In this document: one piece after another, positions 37,938-48,652 of the stretch
Position numbering within the stretch: the first letter of the stretch is position 1
Layout of the letters: each line of letters starts with the position of its first letter
Position numbers and translations under genes: made by a program
Assembly: GCA_001643675.2 (NCBI GenBank)
Contig: LSRY02000045.1
Coordinates: 372,001-436,000, forward strand
Direction: 5' to 3'
DNA length: 64,000 nt
Origin: Monocercomonoides exilis PA203
Taxonomy: Eukaryota; Protista; Preaxostyla
The notes under the pieces: generated by a model
The model's input: only the letters and a program-made list of their open reading frames with translations
The model's database searches: none
What the model was told of the DNA's origin: nothing

Positions 37938-39707
37938 TTAAAAAAAAAGAAGTGACGTTGGCAAATCGAACTGCTTATTTGGGTTGAAGGAAAAAAAGTT
38001 GGCTGATTTGTTCTTTATTCTCTTCTCAGCAAAATTTCCCAAAAATAATAATACCTGAAAATATTTGCCTTTCATTTGCATCTCCACCTTCTTTTTCTCA
38101 TTTTCCTCAATTATCATCATCTTCTTTTCCCCAACACTGATTGTTGAATTTTCGCTCACATGCCTCCCACTCAGCACTGTGATTGTCGAGCTCAGCTGCG
38201 CAATGCTCGACCCCACTGCATGCCCCACTGTCTTGCACGGTGCTGCCTCACTCATCCCACACAGATTGCTCGAATCATTCCCACTCACCCCAACATACCG
38301 ATCCTTCATCCCTTCCTTCAGCCAATCCTTCTTTTCTGTATGCTGATATGCTCCATTTACCCAATAGCACACTCTCGTATCATCACTATTCGTTGTGTAC
38401 GATTCATAGAACGGGTTATTCGAAGAAAAGTGATTGTAATAATCTTCAAAATACACATCGTGGCCATACGGAGTGGAAGTTGTTGTACATCTGCAATCAT
38501 GGAAGAAGAAGAAATAGCAATAAAGCTTGTTGCTTGGAGGTGTTGATTGAGATGGCCTGAAATCCAATCCTCCGCCAACTGACACCGCTGTGCACGAAAT
38601 GAACTGGAGGCTCCTCATTTTGAAAGCAGATGGGACACCATAACAATACATCCCTCCGCCATATTGACTTGTTAGAGAACACGAGGTGAAGAAACATTCA
38701 AACACACAAGCACTCTCTCCTTTGCCGCTTTCTGTTCCAATACAGGAAGATCCAGAAACATTAAAAGTATGAAGATAAAGCCCTCCTCCATAATTAACTG
38801 CTTTGCATTTTTGAAATTCGCAACCACTGATCCTGACACATGTTGAAATGGAATAGGCATACATTCCTCCTCCAGCACTATTTTTTGCAGTACATGCATT
38901 GAACGAATTGTTCTCAATCTTGATGGAATTTATTGAAACGCAAAAAATTCCTCCACCATAAGCATATGCATAGCAGTCATTGAACGAACAAAATTTCACT
39001 GAAAGTGTCCCAGCTGCCAGATTATACATATTAATTGCACCTCCATTCGAAGCCCTATCAGCCGTAGAAGATGACGTTCCAGTTGTATTTGATCCATTCC
39101 ACACACACCAAGTGAACGAATTCGTCCCATTGTCTGTAATCTGCTGTCTCGCTGGTTTCGATGGATTCCCCTCGCTCCCGCTGACTGCAACATTCTGAGA
39201 GCGATAGCACCTGACAAAAGAGGCGTTCGAGGCATCCAGGGAAGATGAAGGGCTGTTCAGCGAGGGGACAATGCCCCCATCATACACATCCCACACCGAT
39301 GAAAATGAGCACCCACTCATCAGAAATGATGTTTGGCTCGGCCCTTCACCCAGATGTGTTGTTTTCGATGGATTTGTGGAGATGTTGAAGAAGGTCAGTT
39401 TGGAAAGAGATACAAGGGGTGCCAGGGGAGGTGCCAGAAACGGGGCTGATGAAACACAAAAAGATGAGAAACCAGACTCACTCACCAGAACACTCCCTCC
39501 TCCTTCGCTTTCTTCTTCTCTTTTTTCTTCTCTTCTTTCACTTCCTCTTCCTCCACCTCTCTTTCCTCCGCTCTCTCCTCCTTCATCTCTTCCTCTTCCT
39601 CCTCCACCTTCTCTCTCGCTCCTCATCTGCTCCATCCCTCTCAATAAAATATTTCTCAAAACCCCAAAAATCATGCAACCCCTTTCCCTCCTCTTTCTGC
39701 TGCTCAT
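37938..39707 (-). CDS. Truncated open-frame paralog of copy A (copy B): variable beta-helix head only
   Basis: 589-aa ORF highly similar to A and C. No signal peptide; homology ends abruptly at ~38119 (TISVGEKK). Confidence 0.8.
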   Translation of the reverse strand: MSSRKRRERGCMIFGVLRNILLRGMEQMRSEREGGGGRGRDEGGESGGKRGGGRGSERREEKREEESEGGGSVLVSESGFSSFCVSSAPFLAPPLAPLVSLSKLTFFNISTNPSKTTHLGEGPSQTSFLMSGCSFSSVWDVYDGGIVPSLNSPSSSLDASNASFVRCYRSQNVAVSGSEGNPSKPARQQITDNGTNSFTWCVWNGSNTTGTSSSTADRASNGGAINMYNLAAGTLSVKFCSFNDCYAYAYGGGIFCVSINSIKIENNSFNACTAKNSAGGGMYAYSISTCVRISGCEFQKCKAVNYGGGLYLHTFNVSGSSCIGTESGKGESACVFECFFTSCSLTSQYGGGMYCYGVPSAFKMRSLQFISCTAVSVGGGLDFRPSQSTPPSNKLYCYFFFFHDCRCTTTSTPYGHDVYFEDYYNHFSSNNPFYESYTTNSDDTRVCYWVNGAYQHTEKKDWLKEGMKDRYVGVSGNDSSNLCGMSEAAPCKTVGHAVGSSIAQLSSTITVLSGRHVSENSTISVGEKKMMIIEENEKKKVEMQMKGKYFQVLLFLGNFAEKRIKNKSANFFSFNPNKQFDLPTSLLFF

Positions 39708-40697
39708 AAAAGGAATCTTATAAATGATGTAAAAGAACCTTCGCTGTCAATGTCTTTTTATAATGATGATCCTATAAAGCTCTTTCCCAAGTTGAATCCG
39801 CTCATTGTCCTTCACTTTCTATCGTCTGATGTTATTCTGCATTCCTTCGTTATTTTTGGAAGACAGTCTCAAAAATATTTTTGTCCAAGCAGGTGAAAAG
39901 AAAAAATCAATAAATCATGCCAAAAAATCGGTCAAATAATATAATTAATAAAAATATCATACCTTTTTTATCCTTCAATCTCGCCAACTTTTGTCAAAGA
40001 ATCGCTGCATTCCTCGTTTACTCGTCCCTTCCGTTATCTCCGGCAAAAGCAAACCCTTCTGAAACAGACGCAGAGCGTGACCTCTATCTTCAATCCATTT
40101 ATGCTGATTAATATTCCGAGGTATATTTCCATCTCCTTTTTTGAATTTTTCTTAAATTTTTGAGTCATTCGCTCTTTAAAGCCAATCACCTCAATTTTTC
40201 ACCAAAGTCCCTTTTCTCTTTCTTCTTCTTCATGCCCTCCCTCATTTCATATTACCATTTCATTTCCTTCTTTTGGCTCTTCTTCGAATGTTCCAAAAAA
40301 TTCATTCTTCTAATTCCTCTTCTTTCCTTTCTTCTTTTCTTATTTCCCTTTTATCATTCATTTTCAATCACTTTTCTTTTAAATATCTTCTTTTTCTTCT
40401 AAGTTTTTTGTCAATTTTTTTCTTCTGCCGCATCATCAACATTTGTTTCCCTCGTTTTTGCTTCTAACATGATTCACCAGATACGCCTTCCAAAACCATC
40501 AAAGACCTCCTCCTCTATTCGCTTCAATTTTTGCTCCTTCCCATTCCACCAAACACTCTCCAATTATTATCTCCAGGTTTCTTAAAGGCTCCAAATATGC
40601 ACTCTTTCCATATTCCTTGTTCATTCATCGACATCGAACACTCGTTAAAAAAAATCCTTGTTTCATTAAAAAAAATTATATAATAATATACAGTGAT

Positions 40698-40786
40698 AAA
40701 AAAGCAAACCTATGACTTTTATACGAATAATCTTTGCAAACTTTCTTCTCCTCCAAATATCGTTCCTTTCTACCAACAAAACCCAT
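40698..40786 (-). repeat. ~90-bp block upstream of copy B, inverted homolog at 44769-44864
   Basis: GCAAACCTAT..CTTTTAT...CTCCTCCAAATATCGT.CCTTTCT.CCAA.AAAACCCAT shared in reverse complement. Confidence 0.8.
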
Positions 40787-43700
40787 CTGTCCCTTCTTCG
40801 TTTCCTTTCTGCCCCCAAAAATCGTTCATTTCCAATCCTCGGTACTGCTTCCACTCAAATAACTCAGCCAGCTCCATTCAATAAAAAAACTAGCAATGAA
40901 GAAGATTCCATCTGAAGAGCCCCTTTCCATCCCTTTCTTCTGCATCACCTTCTTCTTCTCTCCATTTCCCCTCAAAGCAACATCAACACCCCTCCACCAC
41001 ATATCCTCCATCTCCTCCACTTCATTCCTCATCATCCTTTTCCCAATCAAAAATATAAATGACTCCAATATTTTGCCTCTCTTTGGTGCAAAACACCCCC
41101 TCATGGTCAGCCCCTCACCTCGCTCCATCCCTGTCGCGAATCCATCCCCACACCCCCACTGCAAAGTGCTGCGCCTGACGTTCCTTCTTCCTGTCTTCCT
41201 CCGCCTCAGATTCCATCCCTTGCCCTGCAAATGTGAGGCGCGTCCAAACAGTTCACAAAATAAATTATATAAAAATATGAAAACTTTTCTTTCATTTTTC
41301 TTCTTCTTCAACCCCACTTCCCTCTCTTATCAAACGATCATCCACAAATACTCTTCCTCTTGCTCTGCCTCATGTGCCTCCTCCTTCTCTCGATACATAA
41401 AAAAAAATAATCCCTTTTCCATCTTCTCCCTATATCTCTTCAACTCTCATCTAACTCTTGTCCTCCCTTCCAATAAGCATATTCCATTCACTCCACCCTT
41501 CTTATCTTCCCTCTCACCCCACCTCCTCCACATCAAATTCCATTTCTCCAGCAATAAACACGACATCCACGCCTTCCCAATGACAAAAATCGAAAAAACA
41601 ATCTCTCAGCGCTTCATCCCAATCTATCCCCCACACATCCATTTTGCCTCTTAAACCTCACAAAAATACCTCTTTCTCCCCCAAAAAACATCCTTTTGTC
41701 GTTCCTTTCCCCCTCCAAAACCCTGTTTATTCTCAATTGAACAAATCCATCACCCCGTACCACAAATCCATTCTTTTGTAATCGCGTTGTCTTCATATGC
41801 CCATTCAGCAACGACACATCGAGTTGTGCCCCTTTTCTTGTGTGACTCTTATTCGTTATGGAACATGATCAAGCAAATCTCAAATGCTCAAGAAATATCT
41901 ACAGAATGAAAATTTCATGTGACCAAAAATGCAGCTGGGCTAAATGAAATATTTCTAGTGATGAAAAAGCAGCAGCAACAACAACTCTTTTTTTATTGAT
42001 GGAAGATGAATTTGTTCATATTGATTGATGGAATGCTGTGGAGCAACAACATTTTCGATGTGAATGTGAAATTTTTAATGTATGTATTTTATATTGTTCT
42101 GTTGATTGTGAAGATATTTCCATCCGTATCCTCTCCAAAGTCGTGATTCAGGCAAATTATTTATAATTGACAATTTATTCTTTGCAGAGGAGAACAGCGA
42201 GGAAGGGAGCCAAATGTTATCTTACAAATATATCATTGGAGCCTGAATATATTTTATCATAAATATTTATGTGACTTATTATAAACTCAACATGCGCGAT
42301 GGATAGAAATTCGATGAAGAATAAATTTTGATGGAGCAGAAATCAAGGGGGTTGAAAGACTTCCAAGGCCAAAAGGAAGAACAGCCAAATTCAATGAAAA
42401 GGGAACGTTTTTTAATGAGGATGGGATATTTTCAGAAAATTTTTTGTTGGAAAGATTGGAGCAAATGACTGAAACAGGAGATTAGCAGCAGTTGGGACAG
42501 AACAAGGCGCCTTTCTTTGGAGAAGAAGGGCAAGACATTGATTTTATGGAACGAGGAGAGGGGTTGAATGGCATTTGATTGCTTGGGTTGAGAGCCAAAA
42601 ATGCGAGAAAATCAGAAAGTTTTGCGTTATACAGGTTGCTTGGAGTGGATAACAGGAAAAATTGACTTGGATCATTTGATCTTTGTCTTCAGCCTTGTGT
42701 CATCGAAGGATTTGCAGCTGGAGCAGAGAACGAGGTTGTTATGTTGAGGATATCTTCCAACAGAAAGTACTGACGATTGAACTCAACATTATCTTCATTG
42801 TCTTCTTCTTCTTCTTCTTCTTATTCATTGACTTCTTCTTTGTTTCCGTCTTCACCACCGAGAAATACGAAATTATTTTTCCCCCTGATTTTTGTTCATC
42901 ATTTTCTTCACCTTCTTCGCCATGTTCGGTCTTGTCTTCTTCACCCACTTCTATCTCATTTTTTCCATCATCATCTTCATCTTCTAATTCTTCTTCACCC
43001 AACACCTTCACCAACACCACCACATCCTTCTCCTTCTCCTTCTCCTTTGGCGAGCTGACTGAGCGACATGTTCATCTGAATGAGGGTGTCAGTTCTGGGA
43101 GTGTTTGCAGGGCTGGTTCACAGGCAGTTGATTTGGGGTTGAATGTGGAGCATGTTTCATTTGGTGTCAGCAGCCGTTCACAGCCGCTTTTTGGGGAAGA
43201 GGGGAAGAGAATGTTGGAGGGAAAAGGCAAGAGATCGATTGCATTCACATCGTCGCTCTCCTTTTTGCCAGCTGTTCAACCATCTTCATCGTCATCGTCA
43301 TCTTCTTCTTTTGCTTCTGCTTGCAGCCTGTGGGCAATGAGGCATTTTTGAGGAATGGAGATGAAAGAGGTGGGCAATGCAGGGCATTGGTGGAGCGAGA
43401 GATGGAAATGGCAGTTTGTGTTGCTTGGAGCAGAGAGCGAGATGAATGAGAGAGAAGAGAAGAAAGAGAAGGAAGAGAAGAAAAAGAAGAGGAAGAAGCA
43501 AAGGGGAAAGAAGTGATGTTCATTTCTGTCTTCTCTTTTCCGATGAGGTCAGCCACCCGCTGTGCAGCATCTGCCTTCTTCGTTCAGCATTGAGCACTCA
43601 GCAAACCGGGTGAAGATACACATCATCTCTTCCCTTCTCCTCTGTCACACCGACGCCACACCGACACCACTGCAACGCTGCAGTCACATCCATCGGGTGG

Positions 43701-44768
43701 TGTCTGAAGAACACGGGGGGTTCCCCTTTTGCCAAGCGATGGCAGCACAGCAGCAACAACAGCGGCAGATTGTGCATGGGGTAGCTGTGGAGCGGTTTCC
43801 GCAGGAGCGACTGGCCAAGCATCTCCGGCACGATGTTCGCCTCCTCTGCCGCGTTATCTCTTGTCAGGATGGCCTCGCGCAGCTGGTCATTGCCCTTTAT
43901 CTTGCCGGGGGATGGAACATCGGGCTGTGTGCTGGCAGCACAGCCACTTTGTTTGATGTGTCATGAAAGGGCGAGAGGACTTTTAGGAGAAGACTGCTGC
44001 GATGGGAGAAGCCGTTCACCAGAGAAATAATTTACAAGAGGAGTGAAGAGGACGAGCTGTGTGGAGGATGAGAAGGGAAAGAGGAGGGGAAGGAATTTTT
44101 TGGAAGAGGGTGAGAAAGATGAATAAAAGGAGAGGGGTGTTGTTTTCGGAGAATATTGTGAGGTGGATGGAGGAGGAGAATAACAAAGACAAGAAACTGA
44201 GAGCAGCCATCGCTCTGGAATTGTGAGGGGAAAGGGGAGGGCAATGGCGAAGAAAAGGCAGAGGAATGAGCAGTGGATGGCCGGGCGTGGTGATTTGGAT
44301 GGAAGGATCAGGCACAACATTTGGGAATGAGATTTTGTGAAGAGTTTGAAGTAAGCAGTGGAAATGGGATGTTTTGGGGGGATATTCAAGATCTTATGAA
44401 ATATGATTGAATTGCGAAAAGAATTGTTTGTCACACCATTTATTCGCCTTCTTCAATTTGAATTACCTTTTCTTCTTCATTTTCTTCTTCATCTTCATTA
44501 TCTCCATTATCACCATCATGTTTTCGTTTGCACCATCTCAACAAATGAAGGTGTTTTTATGTGAAATCTTGATTATTGTCATTTTCGCCTTCATAGCCTT
44601 CGACAAGTCTGAGCTTTCCCTAATTTGACTGCTTCTTCATTTTCATCTTCACCTTCGATATTTTTAAGAAAAGGGTTTGTAGAGATTATTTGAGAAGAAG
44701 CAACAAGAAGTTGGACTTTGGCTGTTTATTTTTTTTGAAAAATTAGATGCGAAATGAAAATGGTGCAA

Positions 44769-44864
44769 ATGGGTTTTATTGGCAGAAAGGGACGATATTT
44801 GGAGGAGGAGAAGGAAGTTTGAGAAGAATGATCATCATAAAAGATATAGGTTTGCCACTTTTTT
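44769..44864 (+). repeat. ~95-bp block upstream of copy C, homolog of 40698-40786
   Basis: ATGGGTTTTATTGGCAGAAAGGGACGATATTTGGAGGAG...ATAAAAGATATAGGTTTGC. Confidence 0.8.
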
Positions 44865-45295
44865 CAATGTTCTTTTTCATGGATTATTATTTTTGTTGAA
44901 ATTAGAATATTTTTTCAGGTATATTTACTGCGAATATATGCCTATAGAATATGGAAAAAGAGGATATAAAATGCATTAAAGAAATCAGGAAATAATAATT
45001 GAAGGGGCGCATATGGAAATGAGCAGGTGCAAAATATAAATGAAATGAAAAGAAGATTTTTTTTTTTTAGGCTTTGGAATACATATAGGACGAATCATGT
45101 TAAAAGCCGAAAATGAGATCAAGGAATTGATGATGTGGCAAAAGAAGAAATTTAGCAAATAATTGAGAAGAAGATATTTTTGTGGAAGTTCGATTGAAAG
45201 AGAAAATTTGAATAAGGCGAAGAAAGAATGGAAGGGGAAAATCATAGATATGATTTTTTAGAGACATTTGAAGAAAAGTTGGAAAAAGGAAGAAG

Positions 45296-47524
45296 ATGAG
45301 ATATTTTTTTGTGAGGGAGTCATTGAACCCGTCGGTTGAGTTAAATCAAATTTTATTGGAGAATTATGATAATTGTTGTTCAGTGTGTGGAATGAGGGGG
45401 AGTGTGGTTGTGGTGAGGGGATGTGGTGTGGAGATGGGGAGAGGCAAGGAGGCAGGGGTGTTTGAGCTGGGCGGGTGCAGAGGGGTGTTTTGGAACATCA
45501 CGCTGAGAGGGGTTGGAAGTGGAGGAAATGTGTGTGGGAGACTGTTTGGGGGAGAGGGGAGGATGGGGCAGAAGATGAGTGAGAGAGAAGGTGGGGGAGG
45601 AAGAGGAAGAGTCGGATGGGGAAGAGGAGGAGGTAGAGGTAAAGGAGGAGAGAGAGGAGGACAAGGAGGAGGCGGAGGAAGAAGAGGTGGAGAAGGAAGA
45701 GAAGAAGGAAGAGAAGAAGAAAGCGGAGGAGGAGGGAGTGTATTGGTGAGTGGGTCGGATTTCTCATCTTTTTGTGTGTCTTCAGCCCCGTTTCTGGCGC
45801 CTCCCCTGACACGCCTTGTATCTCTTTCCAAACTGACCTTCTTCAACATCTCCACAAATCCATCGAAAACAACACATCTGGGTGAAGGGCCGAGCCAAAC
45901 ATCATTTCTGATGAGTGGGTGCTCATTTTCATCGGTGTGGGATGTGTATGATGGGGGCATTGTACCCTCACTGAACAGCCCCTCATCATCCTTGTCTGCC
46001 TCAAATACCTCATTTACCAGGTGCTATCGCTCTCAGAATGTTGAAGTCAATGGGAGTGAGGGGAATCCATCGAAACCAGCGAGACAGCAGATAACAGACA
46101 ATGGGGCAAATTCGTTCACCTGGTGTGTGTGGAATGGCTCAAATACAACTGGAACGTCATCTTCTACGGCTGATAGGGCTTCGAATGGAGGTGCAATTAA
46201 TATGTATAATCTGGCAGCTGGGACACTTTCAGTGAAATTTTGTTCGTTCAATGACTGCTATGCATATGCTTATGGTGGAGGAATTTTTTGCGTTTCAATA
46301 AATTCCATCAAGATTGAGAACAATTCGTTCAATGCATGTACCGCAAAAAATGATTACGGAGGAGGAATGTATGCCAGATCTATTTCGTCATGTGTCAGGA
46401 TTAGCGGTTGCGAGTTCCAGAAATGCAAAGCAAGTGGTGCTGGAGGAGGGCTTTATCTTTATACTTTTAATGTTTCTGAAACTGCCTGTATTGGAACAGA
46501 AAATGGGAAAGGCGAGAGCGCTTGTGTGTTTGAGTGCTCATTCACTTCGTGTTCTCTAACAAGTCAATATGGCGGAGGGATGTTTTGTCAAAATGTTCCA
46601 GCTGCATTCAAAATGAGGAGTCTCCAATTTATTTCGTGCTCAGCAGTGTCAGTTGGTGGAGGATTGGATTTCAGGCCATATCAATCAACAGCTCCAGGCA
46701 ACAACATTTATTGCTATTTCTTCTTCTTCCATGATTGTAGATGCACAACAACTTCCACTCCATATGGCCACGATGTGTATTTTGAAGATCGATACAATCT
46801 CTTTTCATCGAACAACCCATTCTATGAATCGTACACAACGAACAGCAATGATAAGAGAGTGTACTACCAATATTATAACGGAAACAATTGGGTGTATCAG
46901 GAAACACAAAAGAAGGGCTGGCTGAAGGAGGGGATGAAAGATAGATATGTTGGGGTGAGTGGAAATGATGCGAGCAATCTGTGTGGGATGAGTGAGGCAG
47001 CACCGTGCAAGACAGTGGGGCATGCAGTGGGGTCGAGCATGGCACAGCTGAGCTCGACAATCACTTTGCTGGGTGGGAGGCATGTGAGCGAAGAGAAGAC
47101 GATCAGTGTTGGGGAAAAGAAGATTTCTGTTTTGGGGAGAGGGAAGGCAGTGAGTGTGATTGGAACAAGTGCGCTTTCGACCTCTTCGACAACGCTGTTC
47201 AGCATATCATCTGGCCAACTGGAGGTGGGGCATGTGGGGATCGATCACAACGCGACAAGAAGCCCATCGCCGAGTGTGTTTGTGGTGTCACTGGGGAGCG
47301 GGATTCTTTTGCTGGAGGATGTTTTGATCGACTCTTCGAAATCAGGAGGGAGTGTTATATCAGCATCTGTGTTTGAAGTGGCACCGAGGCAGCTGAAGAC
47401 GATTGATGTGGAGATAAAAAATATGAAAGTGAGCCAACTTCTGATAATCGAGCCATCATCAGCAGGACAACATTGGGAGAATATTATTTGTTGTTTATTT
47501 TATTTTGAGTTCATGGCACACTGA
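45296..47524 (+). CDS. Truncated open-frame paralog of copy A (copy C)
   Basis: 742-aa ORF; homology to A starts at SVELNQI (after A's signal peptide) and ends abruptly at ~47467 (EPSSAG). Confidence 0.82.
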   Translation: MRYFFVRESLNPSVELNQILLENYDNCCSVCGMRGSVVVVRGCGVEMGRGKEAGVFELGGCRGVFWNITLRGVGSGGNVCGRLFGGEGRMGQKMSEREGGGGRGRVGWGRGGGRGKGGERGGQGGGGGRRGGEGREEGREEESGGGGSVLVSGSDFSSFCVSSAPFLAPPLTRLVSLSKLTFFNISTNPSKTTHLGEGPSQTSFLMSGCSFSSVWDVYDGGIVPSLNSPSSSLSASNTSFTRCYRSQNVEVNGSEGNPSKPARQQITDNGANSFTWCVWNGSNTTGTSSSTADRASNGGAINMYNLAAGTLSVKFCSFNDCYAYAYGGGIFCVSINSIKIENNSFNACTAKNDYGGGMYARSISSCVRISGCEFQKCKASGAGGGLYLYTFNVSETACIGTENGKGESACVFECSFTSCSLTSQYGGGMFCQNVPAAFKMRSLQFISCSAVSVGGGLDFRPYQSTAPGNNIYCYFFFFHDCRCTTTSTPYGHDVYFEDRYNLFSSNNPFYESYTTNSNDKRVYYQYYNGNNWVYQETQKKGWLKEGMKDRYVGVSGNDASNLCGMSEAAPCKTVGHAVGSSMAQLSSTITLLGGRHVSEEKTISVGEKKISVLGRGKAVSVIGTSALSTSSTTLFSISSGQLEVGHVGIDHNATRSPSPSVFVVSLGSGILLLEDVLIDSSKSGGSVISASVFEVAPRQLKTIDVEIKNMKVSQLLIIEPSSAGQHWENIICCLFYFEFMAH

Positions 47525-48390
47525 CTGAAGAGAAAGAGAAAATAGAAATTCTGAGATTAACTTTTTATTATTTTTTTTTGTTGAAATGAAATATGATGAA
47601 GTGTTATTTTTTTTTATTGAGAGTGCATTCTCTTTACGGAAACGGTTTATTTTTTTATGAAAATGATTTGTAGCTAAATATTTTGTGGATGCATGAAAAG
47701 ATGAAATAAATGAAAAAACCACCAAAAACAACGGCAAAATTGTTAATTATGAGTAAATACAAATATATGTTTTTTTTGAAGAAAATTTACCAAAAATATT
47801 TTTTTCGAGCCTTATGCTCAAAATTATTCTAAGTTTTTGAAAATAGCAAATAAAATATAAAAAAAAAAAAAAAAAAAAACGCTTATTATATAGAAAATTG
47901 ATTTTGTCAACAATGAATATTTATTGGTCAATTTGGATTATAAATGGTTTGTTGTATTTCTTGTAACTGATCTATTATGAAATCATTCTTTCGTTCAAGC
48001 GAAAATCAAAATATAAATTTCAATGGGATTTTTGAAGCAAATATGTTTCCATTTAGGGCATCTTGATAAGACTTGTGTATTTTCTGATGCACTTCATTAT
48101 TTCAAAATCCCATTGCAATTGAAAGAAAAATCACAATCAAACGAAATCTTGATTTCAAAATGATTATTCATATAAAAAATTTTTTGAGGTCTTGATTTTC
48201 AAAGTGAATGAAGTTTTCAACTGGATAAATTTTTGTGAATGCAAGATTCTTAATGGTTGTATAAAAGGATGATATTTTGCATTAGCTGATTTCAAAAAAT
48301 CTTAAAAATTGGACTGAAGCTCGTCAGTGTTAATTCTTTGTTTTAAAGGCATTTTGTCAATTCAAATTTTTTAGAAAAAAAAATAATAAA

Positions 48391-48650
48391 TGTGTTATTA
48401 ATATTGAAACCATATTTTCTGCGCAAAAAATTCTGTTTGAATATTTCGTTTTGAGTTATTGTTTATGAACACAGAAAAGTGACATCTCCAATTTTTGAAA
48501 ATCTCAACTAAATTTTTTTTCTACTATTTGATTTGAAAACGATCGATAAGCATTAAATGTTTGATTGTTAATTATTTGGCATATGACATTGAATTTCCAT
48601 ATTAATCAACACCCCGAAAAAAAGATATGATTTCAAAAAATAATCACCCA
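48391..48650 (-). mobile_element. MITE family 3, inverted diverged copy
   Basis: ACCCCGAAAA..TATGATTTCAAAAAATAATCACCCA is the reverse complement of the 25611 end; same ~260-bp length. Confidence 0.65.
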
Positions 48651-48652
48651 TA

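Noticed and set aside
40896-42760. 252-aa + strand ORF and neighbouring coding-like remnants
   Set aside because: The ORF arises from G-poor composition; remnants have many stops and no recognisable family.
37938-47524. Diversity-generating retroelement (many variable codons are NNT, as from AAY templates)
   Set aside because: No reverse transcriptase in the window, no copy behaves as an adenine-rich template, and differences include indels and non-adenine synonymous changes.
47976-48172. Degenerate inverted repeat (CAATGGGATTTT / AAAATCCCATTG)
   Set aside because: Too decayed to define ends or a TSD.
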